From the NCBI GenBank assembly GCA_904063045.1, contig CAJFCJ010000110.1:1-39915 (forward strand): a DNA stretch of 39,915 nucleotides, given 5' to 3'. Numbering within the stretch: the first letter of the stretch is position 1; every line of letters begins with the position of its first letter. Both the position numbers and the translations under genes were made by a program. A model generated the notes under the pieces. The model was not told the origin of the DNA and searched no databases. It saw nothing but the letters and a program-made list of their open reading frames with translations. Origin of the DNA: Dimorphilus gyrociliatus (lineage: Eukaryota; Animalia; Annelida). Shown piece after piece: positions 9,680-21,215 of the stretch.

Positions 9680-11638
9680 AGTTTAAGGTCATGCAAGAGA
9701 AAATCTTGTCCAACGGGACAGTATCTGTGTAAACAAGCTGGATATTGTATCTCAATTAAGCAAGTTTGTGACGGAATTGTTCATTGCACTAACAACGATG
9801 ACGAAGCAAACTGCGGAATGACTCCATATTTTCAATTGTTTCTTTATCGTTTCCCAATTCGTTCATTGTTGATTTTCCAATTTCAAAAATATTTCCAAGC
9901 GTTGTTCATCTTTCAGTCATCAATTTTGAATTTTTGAACATGTCATCAATTTTGGAGAGGGAACTAAGAATTTATTTTTATATTATATTTTTTGTTTATT
10001 TGTTTTATTATTTCTTTTTAGTCATGTAATTTTCAATACGACAAAGTAGATATATACATTAGTAGGTTTATAAAACATAGGTCTTTTGAACCAATAAATT
10101 TTAAGATAAAGGAAATCTTTGGTTGTATATCTGTGCAATAAAAACAAGTGGGACACAATATTCTGTAGATTTTAAACTGTAATTACTGAAATTCTATTCA
10201 GAAAGTCATAAGGAATATAACATTTTCTGTGGATCAAAATGCTTACCAGTTATATACAGATGCGACCATTTCCATCACTGTAAAGATTCATTAGATGAAA
10301 ACCAATGCTTTTATCCCTATTCAAAAGAGAAAATTTCAGGGTATTCAATAATTTAAAAAACCAAACAAATACACTTATTCCCTTTCATAATGTTTGCACT
10401 CTTTTTTCTTTTTCAGAAAACAAACTACTTTAACTTTTCAAAACATTTTCTAGGATTATCTAGTCTAAAAATACTTAAATTGGCAAATTTGAACTTGAAA
10501 TCTATTGATCGAAAAACGTTCAAACCTCTAAAATTCTTGTTGGAACTGCATTTCAACAATATGGAATTTCCGTTGAGAAATAAGTTCAAAATATCTGGGT
10601 ATCTGGAAAACATTGAGAAAATCTTTAGCAAATTACACAATGATTTGCTGCGTTTTCGTGACTGAGAATAGGAATATTGAATTCTGTGAACCGAACGAAA
10701 TTCATATTTCTCCTTGTTATAACTTATTAGTTAAGAAATCTTATAGATATATTCTATTTGCCATTTGCCAATATTTTTAAATCTTCTCATTCTGATCTTT
10801 GAAGTGAATTCCTTGTTTAGACCTTCGCAAATTATTTCAATTCTTCTTTCTTTGGCAAATATTCTAGCATTGCTCGCCATCTTCACAATTCCATTCATTG
10901 ATCAAAAATACGATCAGATCTACTATAAATACGACGATACCAGGAGAGGAAGTCATTTGTGTATGACTTTTAATGCAATTATGAATTTTACTGTTCTTTT
11001 TACAAAAGACATTTAAAATCAAGTCTAAAGTGATGTTTTAAAATGGAAAGATACAAGTTAACAAGTTAATTGTTAAGATCTGCCTTTATTGAATGGCTTG
11101 GTTTAGGCTTGACCCTTTTTGTCAGTTTAATGGTCAACTGTGTGACTAACAAACCACTAAGAGCATGCATGTGTAATGTAAGATCTTTAAGTTAGGGGAA
11201 GAAAGAAACTTCAGAAACAGCTATCTTTAGTAACTTCTCCAGAAAAAAAGTCAATTCCCTTATAGATTTCTCGAGACGTGACTATAATTGTCACGTTTTC
11301 TGCATTATCGTTTTTTACTTAGTCAACAGTTTTTCAACTTGTTTCCATAAGATATCCAAATGTTTTTTAATAGCTTAATTCATTTTCCTAAATATAGAAC
11401 AATACGCAAGATTCTCTGTTTCTATCTTGTTGTCTTTTACATAATCTGTACAATTCCATTAGTCCTACAGGCTGCAGGAGTGTTCAAATCTAAAGGGTCA
11501 GCAGTCTATCATACTATCTATTTAAATAATATTATCAATTTCATAATTTACTTTTCAAGACCAAAGACATTTAGATTATCTTGTAAAGCACTTTTCAATA
11601 ATTTATCACTAGCAAAAATCAATATCTCTACTCAATAA
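9680..11638 (+). pseudogene. LGR/GRL101-like GPCR (LDLa-LRR-hinge-7TM) with frameshift and internal stop
   Basis: LDLa CPTGQYLCKQAGYCISIKQVCDGIVHCTNNDDEANC. LRR at 10390-10610. The hinge ICCVF...CEPNEIHISPCYNLL follows a frameshift near 10620. A stop falls in the TM3 region (11014). TM6-7 end INFIIYFSRPKTFR. Confidence 0.8.
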
Positions 11639-11913
11639 CAAGTGAAGAAATTGGAAAAAAAAGGTAGATAGCGTTAATGTTAAGTGTAAATATACAACTG
11701 GTATTTTTTTGAAAAAATTTAAAATTATCTCTCTTGTCTGCTAAACTTCTAGATAAAATCATTATCAGCAGAGGATAATCCCAGCTTCTGAACTGTTAAT
11801 TGTTTTTGAACTTTCAAGATAAAATTTATAGTAAACATTAATTCTGATAAAGATATGAAATAATCTATAAAATCAAAAACTTCTCTCACAAAAAGTTTCA
11901 TAGTAGAGAAAAG

Positions 11914-14217
11914 ATGGGAAAAATGAAAGTTTTAGCAATAATTCTATTGCGTAAGTATTTTAGATTTTTATATTTTTTAAATTAAGTAGAAATATCATAG
12001 GCACAGACATGAATGACATGAATGTATGGTAGTATGAATGTACGCATATATGAATGACGCAGGATCTGTCACAGCTCATATTTTGTACTCTATAATTCCT
12101 GGTTTATGGCTCACCGTCCGTAATTCAAGCCTCGCAGCTTTTAACGGCCACTCGCGTTGTGTATATCTATGAGCAGTGAGAGGCCGACACTGAACACTTT
12201 ATATATAAAGCCTATATGTATACTGGACATATATATATATATTTCTTTATTTACAGTATCATCTTTAGTTCAATTGAACTTTTCAAATTTTGTTTGTCCT
12301 GTCAATGTTGATCGAAATCCAATTGATGGAGTATATCGAGATCCACAAATGTGTCAAGTTTACTATCATTGTGTTAATGGTACGTCACATTCTCAGCAAT
12401 GTCCTCTTGGACTTTTCTTCAAAGTGCACATTCAATCATGCGATTATAGTATGTGTGTTGAACGTGATGTTGCCGACTGTCCAGCAGAGCAGTTATCAGT
12501 AATTACTGAAAGTGACATTTTAGCTAAAGAATGTTCAACTGATGTTGATGATGAAAATAGATTCGATAAATCATGTTATGTGAAAAATTCAGACTGTGAA
12601 CGTCAAAATGGGACATTTCCTAATAAAAATGATTGCAGACAATATTACCATTGTTATAAAGGAGTTGCATGGCCTCAACAATGCCCAAATGGCTACTACT
12701 TTAGTCCAAATCTCAATATTCGCGATTGTTCAACAAAGGTATGCGTTACAAGTGCAGAATCTACCTGTCCAGTTCCAGGAGGATGGACGGAATGGTCAGC
12801 TTGGGGTCCCTGTTATCCTACTTGTGAGGATGGTTTACAAGCCCGAACAAGGAATTGCACAAATCCTCCACCATCTAACGGGGGAAATGACTGTCCCGGA
12901 AATTCCATTGAAATAGGTGTATGCTTTGGTGATGTATGTCCTTTAACGCATAATCCTGCATTTATGGTGTCTTTACAAAGAACTGGTAGACTATCAGCAG
13001 GAAGGGTTGCATGGCAAAGAATAAATGTTGAGACCAATAATTTATTTGATACAGTGAATAATGCTTTGAACATTAGTGAAAGTGGCTTTTATTATCTGAC
13101 ACTTACTGCAACATCATTTCTATTAAATAATCAAGCGTTTTTTGTGAAACTCAGAAATACTGGCCTAACAACAGGCTTAAGTCAGCAAGTTAGCCTAGAA
13201 GAAACTTTTTGTAGATCTGGAATATTTCTTCTAAATCGTTTACATAAACCTTTCATTGAGGTGTCTTCAGAAACTGGAGCTGTTGGCAGTGTACTTGGTT
13301 CTGAAACATCTTGGTCTGGGTTTCTATATAATTCGGAAAATGTGTTTTTTGCTGGAACGCAGGGAAATTTTTTCACAGAGAACAGCCTAATCCCTCTTCC
13401 CATGATTGGAGCTCTGAAGGGTGCCGTTCTAAACAGTGCTAAAACTGAAGTAATGGTATCAGCAGAGGGATGGTATTTCATAAATTTCGGAAGTGGCTTT
13501 CACAATGAATTAGCTTGTATCGTAAGATTAACAGTAAATGATAACTCGGCAACTAATGAAACAGTTGTAGCCAAACTTGGAACTGAGAAAGATCACTCTC
13601 AAGCCTCAAGAGGTATCATTGTTCATTTAAAAGAAAATGATAAAGTATCATTGAAGTTGGTTAAAGGATATGCAAGATCAACAAGTTCTGGGTAAGAGAG
13701 AGAGAGAGAGAGAGAGAATATTAAAATATTATTTTATATTAAAACTCTTAATTCTCTTAACTTCATCTTTCTTATTTATCCTTACAGTGTCAACACATAC
13801 ATATCAGGATTCAAATTAAATGCAACCGAAAAAAGTCCAGCTTTCTACGCGTACAGGACAACTGAATTACTTACAACTACACTGGTAAAAATTGGATATG
13901 ATAAAGTTATTGTTGATACAAATTCTTGTTGGAATTCTCAAAACAATACATACAATGTTAAACTTTCTGGATTGTATCACATTGAAGTTTCGGTTGGAAC
14001 TTGGATAGGATCGCAATCAATAGTATTTGTTATGGTAAACGATGAACGTAAATTGATTATGCAGAGGATAAAAATGCAGAGACACCATGAAATTATGAGT
14101 AGAAGTGGATTGTTAAAATTGGACAATGGTGATAAAATATCAATACAAACAGGTCACAATGTGTACAATGACATTTTTAAGTTGACGTCAATAACTCTAT
14201 TTTTTGTTTCTGAATGA
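11914..14217 (+). CDS. Secreted CBM14(x2)-TSP1-C1q/TNF-like(x3) protein, paralog 1; exons 11914-11950, 12257-13691, 13788-14217
   Basis: Signal-peptide exon MGKMKVLAIILL. Phase-consistent GT-AG introns. Two peritrophin-A Cys patterns (C..YYHC.NG....QQCP.GL.F), a TSP1 repeat (WTEWSAWGPC...RTRNCTNPPP), and three AF...G.YY/F C1q-like beta domains. Confidence 0.85.
13695..13717. repeat. (AG)n microsatellite at the start of intron 2
   Basis: About 11 AG units directly after GTA. Confidence 0.95.
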
Positions 14218-14689
14218 TTAAAAGAATTTACTTTTGATTTGATTGTATCAGTTATTTTCTTACTTAGAAAAATTCTACTTGAAGACTGCTAGTCAGTTCA
14301 AAATAATTCTAACTACCAATCAGTTGCTGTCTTCTTCCTAACCATATTTCAATCCAAAATCTAGTCTTGGAATTTCTGTCAACGCCTTTTTCGTTCAATC
14401 AATCAATTAGTTATGTTTACTTTGGCAGTTGTATCTTGAATAGACACTACTTTACTACATACTTAAATAAAATTGCTTACCAGATCATCAGCGTCTTTTT
14501 CAGTTTCTTCTTCTGTTTCTCCTTTAAAGGTAGCCTTATTCTTGGGATTCCCCTCTATTGTAATTCCTTGCAAATCTCGAGCTGATTCATCCTCCACCTT
14601 ACAGATTTTTGATTTACTCAACAACAGAATGGGTATTTATTGTTTTTTTTTATCTTAAAAGGCCTATTTATCACACACTAGAAAATTTT

Positions 14690-15400
14690 ACAATTCATAT
14701 GAACACTATTTTACTGCTAGCCTGGATGTTCATTAGATATTTGTAGTTGATTTGTTAGTTTCTCTCCATTAACTTTGATATATGAATTGAAACTGCTCAA
14801 TCGTTTTATAGATATTGTCATATCAACGTAATATGTTCCTCTAATTGGAGCTTCAAATGTACAGTACAAATGATTCCAAGCTCAGTATGTATTGTCTATT
14901 ATTTCGGTGATAAATTCCATATTTTGGTATGAATCTAGGGAGCAAAACTCTTTAAAATCCATTGATAAATACAGATACGGTCTATTTGGATCGAGTGAAA
15001 ATGCTGTAAAATAGGTTTGAAGACCTGAATCTGAAAATAGACCATCACTGGGTCTATTATTTAACAATGAAACTGTGCTTGTTGTCTTTACTCACAGACT
15101 AAAGACAGCTTCTTGTCAATTGGTCGATAGTATTACTGTATGCATTACTTCTTACTAAACTGCAGTATGCAAGAGAATTTCTTGGTCTAATATAGATCTT
15201 TTAGCTGGTATACCAACTCCAAAATTTATAAAGTAGATGCCTGGTCATTCTATTTTAAAAGAGCTAAAGAGTTTCTTTTATTGATATCAACTGACGTCCA
15301 ATTTATTACTCCAGTACTTAAAGTTTCAGACTGGTTTATAGACACCAAAAATGCTGGTTCACCGTGAATTTCGCAAGGTTTCAGATGACAAACTCTTTCT
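14690..15400 (-). pseudogene. Decayed third paralog of the TSP1-C1q gene
   Basis: The minus strand reads ERVCHLKPCEIHGEPAFLVSINQSETLSTGVINWTSVDIN...PGIYFINFGVG...SDSGLQTYFTAFSL...RGTYYVDMTI, with several stops and frameshifts. Confidence 0.8.
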
Positions 15401-15504
15401 GAGTTTTGTCAAATGTTCTATAGAATATCTTACTAGAATTAAAATGTTGTTGTTTTAATAATGTAAACTGTTTCTGTCTGAAAAGAAAGGATAAGCTTAC
15501 TCTT

Positions 15505-16000
15505 TGTACTTTCCTGCTGAGGTTGTAGGTAAGTACTGGTCCAAATAGAACCGAACCAGGAGTAAGCCACTTAAAAGAGAGATGTAGAATTGATGAAGGA
15601 TGAATATAGAACCAAACCGTAAGAATAATATAACTGTATTCTAAAGTAATACTAGACCTGTTCGGGTAACCTACACAAAGTTGTTGTTGTTTACATCACT
15701 ATTGCATAATATGATAACCCTTGACCCTGTTTGTTGTGAACAATCCTTATCTGGGGTTAGACCCTTGTTGCTGATAAGGAATTGTATAAAAGCAGGGCAT
15801 AGGCAGTAACAGGCATTCAGTCCTGAATCAACTCCCTTAGTGAACAGGTCTAGTATTACTTTAGAATACAGTTATATTATTCTTACAGTTTGGTTCTATA
15901 TTCATCCTTCATCAATTCTACATCTCTCTTCTAAGTGGCTTACTCCTGGTTCGGTTCTATTTGGACCAGTACTTACCCATAACCTTAGCAGGAAAGTACA
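15505..16000. mobile_element. Fold-back LTR derivative (family C): 159-bp inverted arms around a 178-bp TATA-containing core
   Basis: 15505-15663 is the reverse complement of 15842-16000 with 5 mismatches. Termini are TGTAC...GTACA, TATAAAAG lies near 15785, and there is no TSD (TCTT vs CAAT). Confidence 0.85.
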
Positions 16001-16242
16001 CAATGTATATTTAATTTTTAGAAAGAACACAGACAAAAAAGTATAGTAATTTTTTGAAATATTATTTATACTAGCATAAACAGAAAAGGAATTGATTTTT
16101 CTCCAGAGTATTACTTTTTCTATGAAATTCTGTGAAATATGTAGTGGAGAATGGAGCCACTGGAAAACATTTCCAGTTGGCATATTTGAAAGCAAAATTT
16201 CAAAAAAATGCTCAGGAGTAAATTAGCTATTGATTTGTAGTT

Positions 16243-16330
16243 AGGTGGGTTCCATCTAAGGGATAGAGGTAATCAAAAAGGTTATGCAGAGACCAGGGCT
16301 GGATTTGGGTTAGGCTAAAGCCATAATATT
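16243..16330 (-). repeat. Dispersed CCCTAA-motif repeat (family D)
   Basis: The reverse complement aligns to 38945-39030 (…cctaacc…cataacctttttga…cccttagatgg(a/g)accc…). Confidence 0.65.
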
Positions 16331-16520
16331 GGGGATGTTTTCTGTTCCATTCATTGAAAATGTATCCATAGAAAAGAAATGAAAGGAATAAAAGAATATG
16401 AAATTCTTGTAAAAGTATATTTTACTCAGTTAGAAAATTGTAAACCCAATACAAAAGAACTTGTAATATATTCATGAAATGTTCTATTTCTGAACATATT
16501 TCACAGAATTTACTAATAAA

Positions 16521-16726
16521 CAAAGAATATGTATTGAGTAAATGAGTTTCTAGTTCTAAACATGTAAGTTTAAACAACCAGTTAATGGTTAAAGAACTGA
16601 ACTGACAAGCTGAGGAAATGCATTTCCTTTTATACATTTTCCAAAGCTTGGGTTCAAGTGGTCAAAGGATTACAAAGTTGAAATCTGACAGTCTCATAAT
16701 TCTCATGTAACAAAAATATGAAAGAC
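16521..16726 (-). mobile_element. Internal fragment of a family B LTR
   Basis: Reverse complement of about 7850-8050 at high identity. Confidence 0.85.
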
Positions 16727-17414
16727 ATTTTAGGACAAAGAAAAGTTGTAAATATGATCATGTTTTTATTGTTTTCCTCTTCTAAACAATAGTTGAATTT
16801 TGAAGGTTGGAGAGTTGCATAAGATGTAACAATTTTAGTAATAAATTGTAATATTAATGCTAGGTTGGAAATAGCAAATATTCTTTATATAATTTAATAG
16901 GTTTTATTCCTGTGTAATGTGTATGCACTGCCCTACTCGAAACTAGGTCACTACTGCTTATCTTTATCAGTGCTATCTGCATAGTACAATACTGGTTCAA
17001 TACTACTTCTCTATTGTAGAATATAGCTGATGAATGTATGTGTACAGACAGGCTTTTTATATAGAGCACCTAAACTATTAACCCTGAACCTTTCAAATTC
17101 TCACAATTCAAAGGACTATTTATAAAAACCAGTTACCAGTCAGCCTATTTCTATTTCGAAATTTATTATTCTTTAATACTGTGGATTGAACTAAAATCAT
17201 ATAATACAACCCATTTAATAGACTATTTTTAGCAGATAAAACCAGTTTTTTGGGTGTACAACGCTGAAATATTTGTAGACACCTCTATTTGTTAATCTGA
17301 ACTTGAGGTAGATTATAAAACTTTCTATATCTAATGTTTGTAATAAAATAAAGCATATTTGTAATTGTTATCTTTTATCATGTTTTTTTGCAGTAAATTG
17401 TCATAAAACCTAAG

Positions 17415-18360
17415 ATGGATGAATTAGACCTTAAAAAGGCTATGCAATTCTTAATAAGTCCAAAAAATTCTGTTCAAGAAGTTTCAAGTTTTTATGAATC
17501 ATGTGCTGGTATTTATGAAAATGTAAGTAATATTAAATGTAGAAATGTTATATTTTGTATTTATTTTGCTGTCCATATCAATTACTTTAACAAATATAAA
17601 ATCTTTTATTCCAGTTGACAGAAACCCTGTTCTTTCCTGTTGAAGTTTGTGTACAGACAGCCATTAAATATAATAGTGACAGGAACTGTGTTATAGTTGA
17701 TGCTTGTTCTGGAACAGGTCGAGTTGGCAGAGAGGTAAATTATTGATCTGTAATAATGTAATAATACAGTGTACAATATTTTATTTACTTTAATTATTGT
17801 ATCTTTTTGAAGTTGCTTAACCAAAATTATAAGAATGTTGATGCTATTGAACCTTCAAAAAGTATGATTGAAAATGGATTTAAAGGCTATAGAAATATCT
17901 TTCAAAAATTTATAACAGAAGAGCCCATCAATGAAATTAAAGCCAGTTTAGAAATTTTATTTGATCTCTTTTAAGAAAAATGACTTTTAATAATTTTTTT
18001 TCTTTAGACACCTATGATCTATGTACAATGCTTGGAGGACTGGCTTATGGTCATTTTCCACCTAATGGGTTTGATGAGATTGTAAGGATCGTTAAAAAAG
18101 GTTAATCTAACAATATTCAATATTGTTTATATAAGGGTAGATTTAAAAAAAATACATATTGCTTTTTTGATGAAGGTGGTTTTGCTGTGATAGCAAATAC
18201 TTATTTTTACCTAGAAAATTCACCTGAATATTGGGATGGAATTCAAGAAAAGTTGAAACAATTGGCAAAGGATGGTTTTATTGAAGAAAAAGAGCGTCAA
18301 ATTATAGATTACTTGGATGATGATAAACAAGTATTGCTACTTGTATTTAAAGTTATTTAA
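17415..18360 (+). CDS. METTL27: SAM-dependent methyltransferase, WBSCR27/METTL27-like; exons 17415-17522, 17615-17734, 17813-17945, 18008-18100, 18176-18360
   Basis: All four GT-AG introns are phase-consistent. Motif I IVDACSGTGRVG, then VDAIEPSKSM, YDLCTMLGGLAYGHFPPNGFDEIVRIVKKGG, and a stop at 18358-18360. The symbol reflects family resemblance only. Confidence 0.8.
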
Positions 18361-19590
18361 AAGATACAGTTGATACTGATACTGTTTGTAGACATAAAGA
18401 GAACATCAGTATCAATTTATAATTCATCTAACAATTAAAATGCACAGTTTCTTAGAATTATACAATGTTTAAATGATGAAAGGGAAAAAAGGAATGGAAA
18501 ATTAATGCAATAGATAAAACCTCATTGGCACTATAAATCCAAAAGAATAATATCTAGATGACTGATAATCTTTAAAACTTTAATATCCTAACAAATATTT
18601 TATTGGTTTAATTATTAAAATAAAATATATTCAGTTGTATTGTACAAGTTTTTTTTATATTTGATGCTTATACTATACTAATATATACCACTTATCTATG
18701 TACAGGCTTAGGAAAGGTTTGCAAAAGGTTTGTTTTTGATTAAATCAAAAAAGAGAAACAGAATTCTCACACATCAAGAGTCCCAAATGATTTTGGGAGC
18801 GGTCAAAGAAAAAATACACCAAAATCAACATTTAAAACAATATTCAAAAGAAAAATTTTTTTCTGAAATTTTTTATGATTTCCTACCCACTCAACCTACC
18901 ATGGTTTCGTCACTCTCTCTGTATTTTGAAATCTGGGACTCTTCAGGGTCTATTATAATTAACATACAAATTGTTAGAGGTTTGAGAATTTTACTGAAAA
19001 AAATTCTCTTCAGATATAAAATGTTTTATTTATTGATAGAGATTCTTATGTGTTAGTGTATAAAATAATTTTACCTTTTGGAAGTAGAAAAGTAAAAAAA
19101 GTATCATTTTAACACAATTGAAAGTTCTAAAAATGGTTCCACCTTTAATTGATTTCATTCATCCTGAGTAATTAGGTCAGATAAATTTAGATGGTCAGTT
19201 TTTTTTGTAAGATGTAACAATTTTGGTAACATTCAATTTAACCATTGAAAGTGATAAATTGGAACTGGTCCAAAAGTCAACAATAGTTGAAGTTTAACCT
19301 TTTGATACTCTTTAGCTGGTGGCTAAATAAATGTTCTTAAGTGTTTTGGAAGTAGAAAAGTAAGGCTAAATAAATGTTCTTAAGTGATTAAATTAAGACT
19401 AATATAGATCTATAGTTAATGCTAAATTCGTTGCATTTGTTTGCAAGAATTTTATATGCCCATGTGCATACCTGCATCACCTCATATATGTATAATAGAA
19501 TTGTACATGTTAGAATGGAAGAAATCTATATTTGTTAAATCTTTTTCTAACATTCATTTAGTTGATACCAGAAAGTTTGCTTTTGGTTAA

Positions 19591-20220
19591 TGTACTGCCT
19601 TGTACTGTAATTGTAGGAATCTTGAGTTCGTTACGATTGAATTCGTCCTCACCAATCATTTACCAATAAACCAAAGTACTGGTCCAAATAGAACCTTTCA
19701 AGTTCATCCCACAGGTAGTCTCAACAAACTCAATTCCAGCAAAAATTAATCAATGAACTGCCAGTATTTCGTGCAAAGAGTATGTATTGAGTATAATGAG
19801 TTTTAGTTCTAAACAAGCAAGTTCAAACAACAAGCTAACAATTAAAACTGAACTGACGAACTGAGGAAATGCATTTCCTTTTATACATTTACCAAAGCTT
19901 GGGTTCACTTGGTCAAAAGATTATGAAGTTGAAATGTAACAGTCTCACAATGCACACATAACAAAGACATGAAAAACTATTGCATCACTTCTGGCTGATA
20001 TGTGTCACTGCAAAAGCAAGCCTGCCTCTTTGGCATCTGTTTTTGAATAAGATGTAACAAGCTTGACATGCATTTTTTCTATATTGTTTGTTCCATTGTT
20101 AATTCTATAATGCAACATCTGTTTTGGTCAAAGAATATGTTTCCTATGAAATAAAAGCCTTTCTAAAGTTCTATAATATCTAAGTCTAATTATTATTATG
20201 TTGATGTTTCTAAGTGCACA
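19591..20220 (-). mobile_element. Solo LTR, family B (630 bp), older copy
   Basis: The reverse complement runs TGTGCAC...GGCAGTACA and is colinear with 7467-8233. Flanks are TTAA / TTCA (degenerate 4-bp TSD). Confidence 0.8.
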
Positions 20221-20268
20221 TTCAATATGATATTCACTTTTAATTAAACTCTTTATAAATAAAAACAG

Positions 20269-21215
20269 GAGATAAGAAAATTACTGAATGATAAAACACC
20301 CAGGAAATGTATTCTTGCTTTTGAAAAGGCTATATGGATGGCACTTGAAGAGCAGTTTCCTAATTCTGACCTTAAAGGATGCTCTTTTCATTTCACGCAA
20401 GCAATTTTGAGAAACATTCAGGTAGATTAAATGATACAGCAAACAATTAAATATTCATAGAAAATTTTTGTTAGAAACTTGGATACATTAATGATTATAA
20501 AGAAAATGAATATAAAGGGAAAATGTTACAAAAATTGATGTGTTTGGCCTATCTTCCATCAAATTTTATTGAACAAAAGTTTTTTCAAATAAAAGAAGAA
20601 CTTTGTGAAAAGAAATTGTTTTCAGATTTGCTTGATTATTTTGAAGAAATATTTATTAAAAGCAGCATTTGGCCTCCTAAATTCTGGTCTGTCTATCAAT
20701 TGGCTGTGAGAACAAACAATCATGTTGAGGCATGGCATTCCAGGCTTAACAAAAACTTGAACATGGATGAGAACTTGTATTCTCTCATAAAAGAATTGAG
20801 AAGAGAAGGTGAGTTAGTAGACATCTTTGAAAAGTTATTGTCTGAGAAAAAGTTAAGAAAGATACAAAAGAATAAGTATCAAGATTTACAATTCGAAATA
20901 TTTCAGTTGTGGAGTAAATTTGAAGAAAGAGAACTGAGTTTGGATGAATTATTGGATAGACTTGTACATTTAAATATTCTTTAACATTAGTTAACATTTC
21001 TTACTCTGCATTTTAGTTATTGAAAAGTATATTATATCATTCTTTTACTGTTTTGAAATTGTTTCCTTTTTTATTGAAAAAATAAACATAATCCATCATA
21101 AAATGGAAAGTTATATTCTTGAATATTTATGCTCTAAAATGGGCCAAAATGTCTAAAGTAGGCCAAAATGTCCCAAAGTGGGCTGAAATGTCCTGGACCG
21201 AAATGTCCTGGCACC
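20269..21215 (+). mobile_element. MULE/Mutator transposon 3' part: transposase exons 20269-20421 and 20475-20984, plus right end with GGACATTTCGG-type subterminal repeats
   Basis: ILAFEKAI...FPNSDLKGCSFHFTQAILRNIQ|KLG...RTNNHVEAWHSRLNK are MULE DDE motifs. A 53-bp intron keeps the frame. Tandem CCGAAATGTCC-like repeats lie at 21140-21215. Confidence 0.85.

Noticed and set aside
12157-12256. N-terminal part of the 512-aa track ORF
   Set aside because: It is intronic (TA-rich, ends at a TTTACAG acceptor). The real signal exon is at 11914-11950.
15505-16000. DIRS or Penelope element interpretation of the inverted repeat
   Set aside because: No tyrosine recombinase, RT or GIY-YIG ORF is nearby, and the termini and U5 hairpin match the window's TG...CA LTR families.
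16935-17035. GAAAC ... CTGATGA as a permuted hammerhead
   Set aside because: Stem II cannot be formed from the flanking bases.
18730-19056. 108-aa ORF
   Set aside because: Non-ATG start, low-complexity AT-rich composition and no domain.
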